A stretch of 64,000 nucleotides of DNA, from NCBI GenBank assembly GCA_020633325.1, contig JACKDX010000001.1:178179-242178 (forward strand), given 5' to 3'. Below the pieces are notes generated by a model that did no database searches, had not been told where the DNA came from, and worked only from the letters and a program-made list of their open reading frames with translations. This document shows positions 1-9,836 of this stretch, one piece after another; within the stretch, counting starts at the first letter, position 1, and every line of letters starts with the position of its first letter. Source of the stretch: Myxococcales bacterium. Lineage in GTDB: Bacteria > Myxococcota_A > Polyangia > Polyangiales > GCA-016699535. The translations under genes and the position numbers were made by a program.

Positions 1-74
1 AAAAGGCAACTAGCCCCGCCTACGGTCGATAACCCACCGAAGTGCATAGCTACGCGTACCCGAAGGAGCGGATT

Positions 75-734
75 ATGAATGATAAATTGAACTATTTCAT
101 GTGTGGATTCTTGCTTTCAGGCGTGGCGATGGGCTGCGGGAGCGATTCGGACGGCAGTCATGAATCGCGCGAGATCGCTGCCAGTGACTTACAGCGTTCT
201 CTCGAGATAGAGGAGGGCCAGTGGATCAAGTCGCGCATCGTATATGAAGACGGCTCGCACGACGAAATCACCTTACGTGCCCAGGAGAAAGAGGGCGAGT
301 ACAGGTGGTTTGATGTGCATCAAGTCAGCAGTGCTTATGGCAACTTGGACTTACGTATTTTGGGCACGCCCGGGACCGTGGAAGATCCTGTCGGGCAAAT
401 CGCAGAGATCGAAGCAGACGTAGATACGGGAGATGCCTTCACGGATGAATTTTTGAGAGACTATTTGACGCGAAACGCCGCGACACAAATCATGTCGTTG
501 ATGGCTCGCCAATCGTTTTCGGCTATGGAGCGTGAAGAGGCCCCCATTGTCGTTCCCGCGGGCACTTTTTTCGGCTGCTACAAGCGGGATGAATCACTCG
601 TTCAGGACAATGGTGAGAGAGCGTTCCTGACCACGGTTTGGCGTCACCCCGCAGTGCCGTTCTCCGGCGTGGTGCTCGCCACCGACGCGGAGCAAAGCTA
701 CCGCCAAGAGCTCGTGGATTTCGGGACCGAATAA
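75..734 (+). CDS. putative lipoprotein, function unknown
   Basis: ORF 42..734. ATG at 75 is preceded by AAGGAG. N-terminus MNDKLNYFMCGFLLSGVAMGC|GSD has a signal peptide with a lipobox-like Cys. Confidence 0.5.
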   Translation: MNDKLNYFMCGFLLSGVAMGCGSDSDGSHESREIAASDLQRSLEIEEGQWIKSRIVYEDGSHDEITLRAQEKEGEYRWFDVHQVSSAYGNLDLRILGTPGTVEDPVGQIAEIEADVDTGDAFTDEFLRDYLTRNAATQIMSLMARQSFSAMEREEAPIVVPAGTFFGCYKRDESLVQDNGERAFLTTVWRHPAVPFSGVVLATDAEQSYRQELVDFGTE

Positions 735-788
735 GATCGGTGAATCAGAGAAGAAGGTCCGCCTCACCGACAAGGGCTTCATTTGGCG

Positions 789-1955
789 TCAAAAGTCGCC
801 CCGTTGGCAGTCGTAAGACACGACCACTTCACTGACTTCGCCACTTTTCACCTTGTCACAAGAAGCGCCGTGCAGCGTGACCGTCGTGGTGGCTGGATCG
901 TAGGTCCAGCCATCGACGGGTTCTTGGGTAAGTGCGTCCACGGATGCATCGAAGTAAACAAAAATCTCGGTTTCCGCATCCGGCACGTTGTCCTTTAACG
1001 TGTGGGTACAGCTCAAGGCCGCCGTTCCACCGATCGAATCTAGAGCCTCTTCCAACGCTGTCGTGCTCGTGGCAAGATAGTGCTTCTCAGTACCGCCGCT
1101 GGTTGCGATGGCAGACAGCAGTTTGGTATCGACTTCGTGAACATCTTGCGTAAAACCCACAGCAAACGTGCGCACGCTGGGTGAAAGCGCGAGCGCGGCC
1201 GAAGCCGCATTAGGCCCATTTCCATCACACGTTTCCTTGCCGTCGGTAATGAGCAACAGGGCGTGCTCGCGGCCAGTCTCCTTCCATGCGGCAGACTTTG
1301 CAATGCTGTCGATGCTTGCGCCGATCGAGGTTTCTTGAAACCCCGAGTTACACAAAAAGTCCTCATCTGCGTCATTTAAAAACGCATGAATGGCATCCAC
1401 ATCATCGCCCATGGGCACTTCAATGGTCCCTGCACTACATCCTTGGCCATCAAGGCATGCGGAAAAGGTCGCAAGGCCAAATCTAACTGTTCCTTTAAAG
1501 GCGGTGGTTAGCGCCACAATTGCCTGTTTGGCGATGTCCCACTTCTTGCCCTCTTCGGAAATGCCCTCGCCCATGGAGCCACTGCGATCCAGCAAGATCA
1601 TGACGTGCGGCGCTACCCGCTCGGGTCGAAACTCATTGGCGCAATCGCCACCAGCTGAACACATACCAAAGGGAACGCACCTCTCCTCAGCGGTCCCGGC
1701 ATCGGAGTCACAAGATGTGATCTTGGGATCCGTGCCGCAGATTTGCCCCCCTTCGCAGTTGCCATCAAGGGCCTTGCCCGTGCTGTCTAAGCAGCTGTCT
1801 TTGGCCATGCATTCAAAAGAAGCGCTGCCACATTTTAGGCCAGGGCGGCATTTCCTGTTTTTACACGCCTCACCCAAAAGGGCGCCGTCATTGGGTTTTG
1901 CGCATGCCAAGCCCAATGTGCAGGCCGCGACATAAGTTAAGAATTTGTAGTTCAT
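789..1955 (-). CDS. von Willebrand factor A (vWA) domain lipoprotein with Cys-rich N-terminal region
   Basis: ATG at 1955 with GAGGTG upstream. Lipobox LGLAC. MIDAS-like VMILLDRSGSMGE. About 20 Cys in the first 110 aa. Confidence 0.6.
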   Translation of the reverse strand: MNYKFLTYVAACTLGLACAKPNDGALLGEACKNRKCRPGLKCGSASFECMAKDSCLDSTGKALDGNCEGGQICGTDPKITSCDSDAGTAEERCVPFGMCSAGGDCANEFRPERVAPHVMILLDRSGSMGEGISEEGKKWDIAKQAIVALTTAFKGTVRFGLATFSACLDGQGCSAGTIEVPMGDDVDAIHAFLNDADEDFLCNSGFQETSIGASIDSIAKSAAWKETGREHALLLITDGKETCDGNGPNAASAALALSPSVRTFAVGFTQDVHEVDTKLLSAIATSGGTEKHYLATSTTALEEALDSIGGTAALSCTHTLKDNVPDAETEIFVYFDASVDALTQEPVDGWTYDPATTTVTLHGASCDKVKSGEVSEVVVSYDCQRGDF

Positions 1956-2032
1956 GGATCGCTCTCACCTCTACTGCTAAGGATGACACGGTTTAGGTCC
2001 AAATTCCCGGGATAGGCAATAAGTCCGGAAAA

Positions 2033-2734
2033 TCAGCACACTTTTGCATTGCGTTTCCCTATCACACGCATTGTGCGCGGCGCCGCCGAGTAGGGCCACA
2101 TATAGTCAAGCTCGTGGACCAACGTGGCCTCCTCGGGCAAAGGCAGATCCTTGAGCGCGTGTGTGCCAAAGACCAAAGAGAGGGCCGCCAGCTCGAGCCC
2201 CAAAACTTGCCATATCTCCGGACTGAATGTCGCGCGAGAAAGCGCCACCTGGCACACGGGGGCGCCAAGCAACCGCCCAGGATCATGTACATCCAGTTTT
2301 TGTTCCAAGACAGTCCCTCGATGCTGAAGGCACAAGGAGCTGAGCGCAAAGCGTAGAAATGCCGCCCGCTTTTTTCGCGGTTCAACAAGGATTGCACGTA
2401 GATCTTGGCGAACGAACAAGAGCGGAATTATCGGCGCACCTGCTCCTGCACCGATGTCGATGATGGTCGCCCCATCCGGTATGAGGCGTGCCTCGGCGAT
2501 CACTAACGCATCGACCAGTAAGATCTCGATCAGTTGCCGCGTCTCTTTGGCACCTGTGAGATTGTGGCGCTCATTCCACCCGGCCACGAGCGAAACGTAC
2601 TGAGCGAGCTCAAACATCTGTGTCTCTCCCAGCCGTGACAATGCCAGTTTGGCGACAAGCTCCTCAATCCACGGTATGTCTTTGGGTGTTTTAAACATGT
2701 CTGAACCGCTCAATCCGGATCTATTCAGTCCCAT
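2033..2734 (-). CDS. rsmG: 16S rRNA (guanine527-N7)-methyltransferase RsmG/GidB
   Basis: WNERHNLTG and the SAM-binding IIDIGAGAGAPIIPL motif. The length fits better if the start is the internal ATG at 2698. Confidence 0.8.
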   Translation of the reverse strand: MGLNRSGLSGSDMFKTPKDIPWIEELVAKLALSRLGETQMFELAQYVSLVAGWNERHNLTGAKETRQLIEILLVDALVIAEARLIPDGATIIDIGAGAGAPIIPLLFVRQDLRAILVEPRKKRAAFLRFALSSLCLQHRGTVLEQKLDVHDPGRLLGAPVCQVALSRATFSPEIWQVLGLELAALSLVFGTHALKDLPLPEEATLVHELDYMWPYSAAPRTMRVIGKRNAKVC

Positions 2735-3770
2735 ATTACAAGCGATCTACGGCAGCCAGCCTTCGAGCGCTTCGCTTGAAGTCATGCGCGGGGATGCATC
2801 AACTAGGCGATATTATCGCCTGCATTTTACTATGCATTCCGCACCCGCACCACAGTCTCTGATCGTGATGCAACTCGGTGAAGAGCCGCACAGGAGCGAT
2901 GAAATCATGGCTGGACCGCGCTCCACCGTTCACCCATTCATTGATGTTCAGCGTTTGCTTCAGACACGAGGGGTGCCGGTACCGGCCATATACTATACCG
3001 ACATGACTCGTGGCCTGATTGTCCTCGAGGACCTCGGTAAGATCACATTTGAGGCCCACCTTGAAACGATATCTCAAGCGGATTGGATCCAATCGTACAC
3101 CGAGATTGTCACATTGTTGGCGCGCATGCACCTCGCCTGTGAAGTGGCTGATCCCGGGTGCATCGTCTCTAAAAGGCTATTCGATAGAGAGCTGATCACA
3201 TGGGAACTCGAGCACTTTGTCGAATGGGGCTACGAGGCGCTCTATGGTCCTTTACTCGCGTCCACGCGAAAGGGGCTATGTGCCAACTTTGAGCGCATCA
3301 CCCATCGCATGCTGGACATGCCTCAGGGATTTTGCCATCGCGATTTTCAGTCTCGAAACCTAATGTACACCCCTCTTCGCAGCCTCGGGGCCTGGACAGT
3401 GTTGGATTTCCAAGACGCGCTGATGGGCCCTCGTCCCTATGACTTGGCGGCCCTGTTATGCGATTCCTATATTTCCCTCGCCCCAGAACTCCAAACCAGT
3501 CTTATTCACGTGTATACAGAGCGGATGGGGTTTTCGCGTACGGACGCTGCCCTGTTTGAGAAGGCGTTTTGGTGGGTTGCCCTGCAGCGAAAGCTCAAGG
3601 ATGCCGGTCGTTTTATCTTTATCGATCGTGAGCGAAAAAACCCAGCATTTTTGCGGTATTATATCCCCAGCCTCACGTACGCCCTTCGAGCACTGGACTC
3701 GATCGGCAGCATGGAACCACTTCACGACGTCGTCACAATGTGCATTGCCCGCTATGCCACATCCTCTTAG
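2697..3770 (+). CDS. amgK: aminoglycoside-phosphotransferase-fold kinase, AmgK-like (anomeric MurNAc/GlcNAc kinase)
   Basis: DASTRRYYRL, CHRDFQSRNLM and LDFQDALMGPRPYDLAALL motifs. ATG 2697 is chosen from ORF 2649..3770. Confidence 0.6.
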   Translation: MSEPLNPDLFSPILQAIYGSQPSSASLEVMRGDASTRRYYRLHFTMHSAPAPQSLIVMQLGEEPHRSDEIMAGPRSTVHPFIDVQRLLQTRGVPVPAIYYTDMTRGLIVLEDLGKITFEAHLETISQADWIQSYTEIVTLLARMHLACEVADPGCIVSKRLFDRELITWELEHFVEWGYEALYGPLLASTRKGLCANFERITHRMLDMPQGFCHRDFQSRNLMYTPLRSLGAWTVLDFQDALMGPRPYDLAALLCDSYISLAPELQTSLIHVYTERMGFSRTDAALFEKAFWWVALQRKLKDAGRFIFIDRERKNPAFLRYYIPSLTYALRALDSIGSMEPLHDVVTMCIARYATSS

Positions 3771-3920
3771 GCCCCCCGTCCAAACGACATAGTACTTGCT
3801 CTTAAAGCCGAAGTGCATAGACTTCGCCGGTCGGGTCCCTTCTGTCATAGTCGGTTTGGCCAGGCACTATTGTAGATACAGAGGCGGCGTTAGGCCGTCA
3901 TCCTTGAGGAGCGAAACACC

Positions 3921-5936
3921 ATGAGCAAAGGTTCTGCAACCATCGTAGCGATAGCCGCTTTTGTCGGCGGTCTATTGATTGGCAATCTCACGGCAGGCAA
4001 GTTCGGACAGCTCGGCGACAGTGACGGTCTGGATGCCGATGTCCAAGGCGTCGAGAATGAAGAGGGCATTCAGCGTTACAGAGTGCCGGTCACCGACAAG
4101 CAACCTCAAAAAGGCGAGGAAGAGGCGCTCGTCACCATCGTGACGTTTAGCGATTTTCAATGCCCCTTCTGCTCCAGGGTCAATCCGACGATGGAACAGA
4201 TCTTTAAGGATTATAAGGGCCAAGTGCGCATGAGTTGGCGCAACAATCCTCTACCTTTCCACGAAAACGCCATGCCCGCAGCGCAGTTAGCGATAGAAGC
4301 CTTTGAACAGGGCGGCAATAAGAAGTTTTGGAAGATGCACGACATTCTGTTTCAAAATCAGCGAGCGCTCGGACGCGCAGACCTGGAGCGCTACGCCAAG
4401 CAGGTGGGCCTGGACATGAAAAAGGTGAAAGAGGCCCTTGACGGCAACAAGTACAAGGACCGCATCGAGGAGGACCAGGCTCTCGCCACCAAGCTCGGCG
4501 CCCGGGGCACACCTGGATTTTTCATCAACGGACGGCAGCTCATGGGCGCTCAACCCTACGCGCAGTTTAAGGAAGTGATCGACGACGAGATCACGCGCGC
4601 CAAATCCCTCCTGAGCTCCGGCGTCGACCGCGAAGACGTTTACTCCGCCTTCATGAAAAACGCCCTCACCGCACACCAAGCCGAACCAGCCCCCGAGCAG
4701 GCTCAGCGCCCGGGGCAGCCAGATCCCTCTGTCGCCTATAAGGTTCCCGTAGGAAACTCTCCCATCAAGGGTCCGAACGATGCGCTGGTCACCATTATCG
4801 AGGTCTCCGAGTTCCAGTGCCCCTTCTGCAAGCGTGTGGGACCCACCATTGAGCAGATCCAAAAAGCGTATGGCTCAGATGTGCGGTTTGTGTTTAAGCA
4901 CAATCCTTTGCCCTTTCACCCCAATGCCATGCCTGCGGCAGAGGCAGCGAGTGAAGTGCGTAAACAGCTGGGCGATAAGGGCTTTTGGGCATTTCACGAT
5001 GTCTTATTTGAAAACCAACAAGCGCTTGAGCGTCCTCAGCTAGAAAAGTACGCAGCGTCACTCAATGTGGGTGGAAAACGCGTCAATATGGCCCAGTTCA
5101 AACAAGCGATGGATAAGCACGTCCATAAAGCCAGCATCGAAGCCGATCAAAAGCTTGCTCAGCAGTTCGGGGCCTCAGGCACGCCGAGCTTCTTCATCAA
5201 TGGGAGAAATCTTCGGGGCGCTCAACCCTTTGAAAATTTCAAAACGGTTATCGATGAAGAGCTGAAAAAAGCCAAAGCCAAAGTCGCCGCGGGCATTCCT
5301 CGCGCCAAAGTCTACGACGACATTCTAAAGAGCGCCCAAGGCGACGTGAAGGCTCAGGCACCCTCCGCCGCGAGGGACGAGCCCGAGGCAAACAAAGTCT
5401 ACACGCTAAAGCCCTCACCTAAATCGCCACGCAAAGGGCCCCCCAATGCGCCCGTGAAGATTCAGATGTTTAGCGAGTTTCAGTGCCCCTTCTGCGGAAG
5501 AGTCAAGCCAACCATCGAGCAGCTTCTTGCTGCGTACAAAGGCAAGATTGAGCTAGTATGGCGTGACTTCCCGCTCCCATTTCACGACAACGCGATGCCC
5601 GCCGCTGAGGCAGCTCGCGAGGTGCTGGCGCAAGGTGGCGAAAAGAAATTTTGGGCGTTTCATGACCTGCTGTTTGCCAATCAGCAAAGTCTGAGCCGAA
5701 GTGACCTTGAAAAGTATGCAGCGCAGGTGGGCGGCATCGACATGGCGCGATTTAAAAAGGCGCTCGACAACCATACCCACCAAAACGCCGTACAGGCGGA
5801 TATCAATGCTGTAAAGGAGTCCGGGGCGCAGATTGGTACGCCAGCGTTTTTCATTAACGGCAAGTTGCTTCAAGGCGCTCAACCCCTGGATGCGTTTAAG
5901 GCCGCTGTCGACAGCGCGCTAAAAGAAAAGTCCTAA
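3921..5936 (+). CDS. membrane-anchored protein with three tandem DsbA-like thioredoxin domains
   Basis: GAGGAG ribosome-binding site. N-terminal TM helix [14 protein letters not shown]. Three F(Q)CPFCxRVxPT active-site motifs, each followed by NPLPFH and GTPxFFINGR. Confidence 0.8.
   Translation: MSKGSATIVAIAAFVGGLLIGNLTAGKFGQLGDSDGLDADVQGVENEEGIQRYRVPVTDKQPQKGEEEALVTIVTFSDFQCPFCSRVNPTMEQIFKDYKGQVRMSWRNNPLPFHENAMPAAQLAIEAFEQGGNKKFWKMHDILFQNQRALGRADLERYAKQVGLDMKKVKEALDGNKYKDRIEEDQALATKLGARGTPGFFINGRQLMGAQPYAQFKEVIDDEITRAKSLLSSGVDREDVYSAFMKNALTAHQAEPAPEQAQRPGQPDPSVAYKVPVGNSPIKGPNDALVTIIEVSEFQCPFCKRVGPTIEQIQKAYGSDVRFVFKHNPLPFHPNAMPAAEAASEVRKQLGDKGFWAFHDVLFENQQALERPQLEKYAASLNVGGKRVNMAQFKQAMDKHVHKASIEADQKLAQQFGASGTPSFFINGRNLRGAQPFENFKTVIDEELKKAKAKVAAGIPRAKVYDDILKSAQGDVKAQAPSAARDEPEANKVYTLKPSPKSPRKGPPNAPVKIQMFSEFQCPFCGRVKPTIEQLLAAYKGKIELVWRDFPLPFHDNAMPAAEAAREVLAQGGEKKFWAFHDLLFANQQSLSRSDLEKYAAQVGGIDMARFKKALDNHTHQNAVQADINAVKESGAQIGTPAFFINGKLLQGAQPLDAFKAAVDSALKEKS
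4068..5930 (+). repeat. intragenic triplication of a DsbA-domain unit (about 660-nt period)
   Basis: TGCCCCTTCTGC (CPFC) occurs at 4161-4172, 4818-4829 and 5484-5495, spaced 657 and 666 nt apart. The units are recognisably similar along their whole length at protein level. Confidence 0.8.
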
Positions 5937-5940
5937 GCAC

Positions 5941-6963
5941 GTGCTTATCCTGATGAAGCCTGGTGCGAGCCAGGCACACATCAACCTGGTGGTCGAGGCC
6001 ATCGGGCATCAGGGGTATAAAGCTCACCCGATTCCCGGCGCGCAAGGCACTGCCATCGGTGTCACTGGCAACACGGGCCCCGTCAACCCGGAGCCGTTTC
6101 TAAAACTCGAAGGTGTGCTTTCCTGTATCCCGGTCTCACGCCCCTATAAGTTGGTCAATCGGGATGCCAAAAAAGAGGGGAGCACCATCAAGGTCGCCGG
6201 CATAAGCATCGGTGCTGGTTCCTTTACCGTCATGGCGGGCCCTTGCGCCGTGGAGTCTCAGGAACAGATTCTCACGACCGCGCAGGCTGTCAAAGACTCA
6301 GGCGCCTCCATCCTGCGCGGCGGCGCATTTAAGCCACGCACCAGTCCGTATGCGTTTCAAGGGCTGAAAGAGGAAGGCCTCGCACTTCTCAAAGAGGCGC
6401 GGGCGAGGACGGGACTTCCCATCATCACCGAGGCCAAGGATGTCGAGACCTTGCCGCTTGTAGCCGAAGCGGCAGATATCATTCAGATCGGTGCCCGGAA
6501 CATGCAAAATTTTTCGTTACTGGAGGCCGCAGGAGAACAGCCGAAGCCCGTCATGCTCAAACGCGGTCTGTCTTCAACGGTAGCCGAGTGGCTCATGGCC
6601 GCTGAGTACATTGCAGCCCGGGGCAACCTTCAGATCATTCTTTGCGAGCGGGGGGTAAGAACCTTTGAAACCACCACGCGCAACACCCTCGACCTGGGCA
6701 TTTTGCCGAGCCTTCGGGAGCTCACGCACCTGCCCATCATTGTCGATCCGTCTCATGGCACAGGTCACGCAGCCAGTGTGCCTTATTTGGCTCAGGCAGC
6801 AGTGGCCGTGGGGGCCGATGGCGTGATGGTCGAAGTCCACCCCGATCCCAGCCGAGCCCTCTCCGACGGACCACAATCTCTTAATTTTGAGCAATTTGAG
6901 GCGCTTATGCATGGCGTGCGCGCTGTGGCATCGGCGCTAAACAAGCCACTCTCGCACGTTTAG
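5941..6963 (+). CDS. aroF: 3-deoxy-7-phosphoheptulonate (DAHP) synthase, type I-beta with N-terminal regulatory domain
   Basis: GTG start. [10 protein letters not shown]...GPCAVES...[18 protein letters not shown]...[12 protein letters not shown]...DPSH aligns along its full length with Thermotoga-type DAHPS as I recall it. Confidence 0.85.
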   Translation: MLILMKPGASQAHINLVVEAIGHQGYKAHPIPGAQGTAIGVTGNTGPVNPEPFLKLEGVLSCIPVSRPYKLVNRDAKKEGSTIKVAGISIGAGSFTVMAGPCAVESQEQILTTAQAVKDSGASILRGGAFKPRTSPYAFQGLKEEGLALLKEARARTGLPIITEAKDVETLPLVAEAADIIQIGARNMQNFSLLEAAGEQPKPVMLKRGLSSTVAEWLMAAEYIAARGNLQIILCERGVRTFETTTRNTLDLGILPSLRELTHLPIIVDPSHGTGHAASVPYLAQAAVAVGADGVMVEVHPDPSRALSDGPQSLNFEQFEALMHGVRAVASALNKPLSHV

Positions 6964-7032
6964 TCGGCGCCGGATTGACAGTGCCAAGGGGTGCCATTAA
7001 ACTGCGCGCTCTAAAAAACGGGGTAAATTCGT

Positions 7033-7953
7033 ATGGCCAAAGCACCCGCTCCTGAACGTCAAATGGTAGAGGAGCTCCATTTTCGCAGTGACAATGCCTA
7101 TTTGTGCTTGTTGCTCAATCACCGTACTAAGATGATCCGTGTCATCGATTTTCGAGCGGGCGCCTTGCCCGCTAAGCGACTTTTCATCCAGTCGGTGGCG
7201 CAACGGGAAGGTGTCGAGAAGGTCATCACGCTCGTAGAAAAGGACGAAGTTTCCGCCTGGACGCGCGTGGGGTTCGTACGCGAAGGGCAGATCCCCGGCT
7301 TCTACAAACGCAGCGATGGGCATTTATTGGGCTGCGTGATTGGCGAGAAAACAGCCTCGATCGAAGTGAGCGACGAGGGCTATAAGCTCGCAGAACGTAC
7401 CATCAACGCCGCCAAGCGTTCCGCCTCCAAAATCAAGGAAACCATTCCGGGCCTTTTACTGAAACTCGTTGAGCCAAAAACCGCCATCACCGCGCGGGAT
7501 CAAGCCTGGAAAAAGGGTAACGCCGTGGGCGCATTTGACACCTTTGGGCGGGGAGTTGAGCGATTTTTCGTTGAAACCAACATAGGTCAGCGACGCAATA
7601 CAGGAAAGACCAAGTCGAAGCCAAAGGCCAACTACATCGCTGCAGAGTTTCAGGACTGCTTTGGCCATTCCTTGATTGAGATCTTGCGCAGCCCGGAGGA
7701 CGACCAGGAGATTTTGGCCGTCTGTGGTGCCTTGCGCGTCATTGCGGATGAACTGAAGAAGCGTGGCATCGTATCGGCGTTTGGCTTCTCAGCCAACAAT
7801 GATTTGGCCCTCAGCACCGCGTACGTCGCAGCAGGCTTTCGTAAAACGGGCTTACTTGCCCATGGCATCGTTCACAATGGCGAACGCAAGGACGCCATCC
7901 TTTGGACCCGGAAGCTCGCCATTCCAGGTGAGGAAGACAAGTTCGAGAACTGA
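7033..7953 (+). CDS. two-domain GNAT-like acetyltransferase; resembles the AblB/YodP-type putative beta-lysine N-acetyltransferase architecture
   Basis: N-terminal HFRSDNAYLCLL and VGFVREGQIPGFYKRSDG resemble the AblB-family pattern as I remember it. The specific assignment is weak. Confidence 0.35.
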   Translation: MAKAPAPERQMVEELHFRSDNAYLCLLLNHRTKMIRVIDFRAGALPAKRLFIQSVAQREGVEKVITLVEKDEVSAWTRVGFVREGQIPGFYKRSDGHLLGCVIGEKTASIEVSDEGYKLAERTINAAKRSASKIKETIPGLLLKLVEPKTAITARDQAWKKGNAVGAFDTFGRGVERFFVETNIGQRRNTGKTKSKPKANYIAAEFQDCFGHSLIEILRSPEDDQEILAVCGALRVIADELKKRGIVSAFGFSANNDLALSTAYVAAGFRKTGLLAHGIVHNGERKDAILWTRKLAIPGEEDKFEN

Positions 7954-7958
7954 CGCGA

Positions 7959-8288
7959 ATGCCAACGTACGAATACCTTTGTGATGCGTGCGGTCAGAAA
8001 TTCGAGATCGAGCAACGGATCACGGAAGCCCCCATTAAAAAATGCATTCACTGCGCCAAGGCCAAAGCGCGGCGCTTGATCACCCAAGGAAATTTTATCC
8101 TAAAAGGCGGCGGCTGGTACTCGGACTTGTACAGTTCCTCTTCCGCCCCAAAGCCGAAGAAGGGCTCCGAGGCGCCTTCGGGCAAAGACGTCACTCCCGA
8201 GGCGAGCACCGCTGAGCCATCGATCAAGAAAGCGCCCAAGGATAAGTCCGCCGCCACGTCTAAGGATAAGCCCGCCAAAAAGCCGTAG
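7959..8288 (+). CDS. FmdB-family zinc-ribbon protein (CxxC...CxxC) with low-complexity tail
   Basis: MPTYEYLCDACGQKFE...KKCIHCAKAK. Confidence 0.75.
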   Translation: MPTYEYLCDACGQKFEIEQRITEAPIKKCIHCAKAKARRLITQGNFILKGGGWYSDLYSSSSAPKPKKGSEAPSGKDVTPEASTAEPSIKKAPKDKSAATSKDKPAKKP

Positions 8289-8308
8289 CCACGCTGAGCC
8301 TTGGAACA

Positions 8309-8680
8309 TCAGCTTTTCGATGCGCGCGCTTCCTCTGCAAGTGCCTCGTATTGGCACTTGATGTCATCAAGGTCTTTATTCGAGAGCTCTTCCAGATCCA
8401 AAAGAGAATTTTTGGCGGATTTGCTCGCGCGGATTAACTCATCAAGCTTGAGATGCACGGCTTCGCTGTCCCGATTTTGGGTGTTTTGGATAAGAAAGAC
8501 CATCAAGAACGTTACAATCGTGGTCGCGGTGTTGATGACCAGCTGCCAGGTGTCCCCAAAACCAAACAAAGGACCACTGAGAGCCCAAAGAAGCACGGCG
8601 GTAAACGCCACGCCAAAGCTCGCAGGGTGCCCCATGGCCCGCGATGCGGCTTTTGCAACCCTGGTAAAGATGTCACGCAT
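8309..8680 (-). CDS. low-affinity iron permease family membrane protein
   Basis: GDTWQLVINTATTIVTFLMVFLIQNTQNRDSEAVHLKLDELI is typical of this family. Confidence 0.65.
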   Translation of the reverse strand: MRDIFTRVAKAASRAMGHPASFGVAFTAVLLWALSGPLFGFGDTWQLVINTATTIVTFLMVFLIQNTQNRDSEAVHLKLDELIRASKSAKNSLLDLEELSNKDLDDIKCQYEALAEEARASKS

Positions 8681-9127
8681 GAGCGCTAGTATATCTATGA
8701 AACCTTCCCGTCCAAGGGGGAAATGCCCGTAATGGGGTACTCGGCAGCCCGGCTCGGGGCCCTCTTGTCCCGTTCGGGGATGATGCCGGCAGCGTGTGGC
8801 CTATGCCGTGCCTGGGCGGGACTAGACCTGTGGCCCAGTTCCCGGAGGCGCCTTGACCTCAGAGCCTAGTTTCGATCCTAGGTGAGGACACGTGTTCCCA
8901 CCGGTAGGGAGAGGGGGGCAGTTTGACCACACTGCGGTCTCACTTGCGCGGCACCCAAGGACCACGGGATACGGAACCGCTCCACAGGCTAACTTGCGCT
9001 AATTGTTTTGAAATCATATGGTTTGCGCCATCGTTTGATTGGCGACGGAAATGGGATCGATATTTGCTTACATGTATAAGGTGGGGATAAGAGTCATCGG
9101 GGGAAGGCACACGGACGTACCTTGCAA

Positions 9128-9817
9128 ATGAACGCATTCACGACTAAGTCTCTGGCTGTGACCAACGCGATCAAGGGCCCCGTAGCGGCGATGTTCCTGC
9201 TGCTTGCCTCTTCCACCGCGGTCGCTCAGGGTACAAGCATGATCGACCTTGAGAGCGCGCGCGAGCAGCTGCGCTACGAACCCAAGGTCGCTGAAGTGGT
9301 GCGCAAGTGTCTCGAGTACTTCCGCGTGAGCCCGGAGAATTTCGATGACATGAGGCGTGCGGCACGTCAGCGCGCCGCGCTTCCTCTTCTTGCAGGCGGC
9401 TACCGCTTTGACGTGGACGACTTCGCCCGAAAGGAACAGCAGCAAATCACAGCCCCTCGCCGCAACGAGGAGGACACCCAGAGGCAGGCCCATGCATTTA
9501 CCATTGGTGCCGTCTGGGACTTACGCGAGCTCGTATTCAATCCGGCTGAAGTCCAAGTTTACGGCATCATCGGCGTGCAGCGCGACCTTTTGCTTGAGGC
9601 GACCAGGACCTACTATTTGCGTCGGCAGCTACTGTTACGCCTTTTGTTGCGACCCCCTGAAGATGAGGTGGCGCGCGAAGCACTCAATCTTCGTATCGAT
9701 GAGTTTACGGCGCTCCTCGACGTCTTGACCGGTGGCTGGTTTACACGCACCACTGAGGTACGATCGCGGAAAACGAAAATGCAAGGCGCCGCCGCCCCAA
9801 GTAGCCAAGCACGCTAA
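9128..9817 (+). CDS. secreted protein of unknown function
   Basis: ORF 9122..9817, ATG at 9128. Signal peptide AAMFLLLASSTAVAQG. Confidence 0.45.
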   Translation: MNAFTTKSLAVTNAIKGPVAAMFLLLASSTAVAQGTSMIDLESAREQLRYEPKVAEVVRKCLEYFRVSPENFDDMRRAARQRAALPLLAGGYRFDVDDFARKEQQQITAPRRNEEDTQRQAHAFTIGAVWDLRELVFNPAEVQVYGIIGVQRDLLLEATRTYYLRRQLLLRLLLRPPEDEVAREALNLRIDEFTALLDVLTGGWFTRTTEVRSRKTKMQGAAAPSSQAR

Positions 9818-9836
9818 CGGCTGCTCTGAGATTGGC

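Noticed and set aside
3808-3820. The 13-mer CCGAAGTGCATAG occurs both here and at 37-49, each time upstream of a plus-strand gene.
   Set aside because: Dozens of chance 13-mer repeats are expected in 64 kb. There are only two copies and no shared flanking context. The copy at 3809-3826 also forms a weak 6-bp hairpin without a U-tract.
4287-4862. A 191-aa minus-strand ORF inside the triple-DsbA gene.
   Set aside because: It is a shadow frame with no start context or motifs. The plus strand encodes three complete thioredoxin-fold units.
8865-8882. CCTAGTTTCGATCCTAGG resembles a tRNA/tmRNA T-arm (TTCGATC loop).
   Set aside because: The stem would enclose an 8-nt loop. There is no acceptor, D or anticodon arm, and no tmRNA 5' end, tag ORF or 3' CCA context nearby.
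9732-9836. A 5' extension of the phnW-like ORF overlapping the upstream secreted-protein gene.
   Set aside because: The PhnW alignment begins at MKQYWLLNPGP (ATG 9837). The extension is Arg/Lys/Pro-rich read-through in another gene's 3' end.
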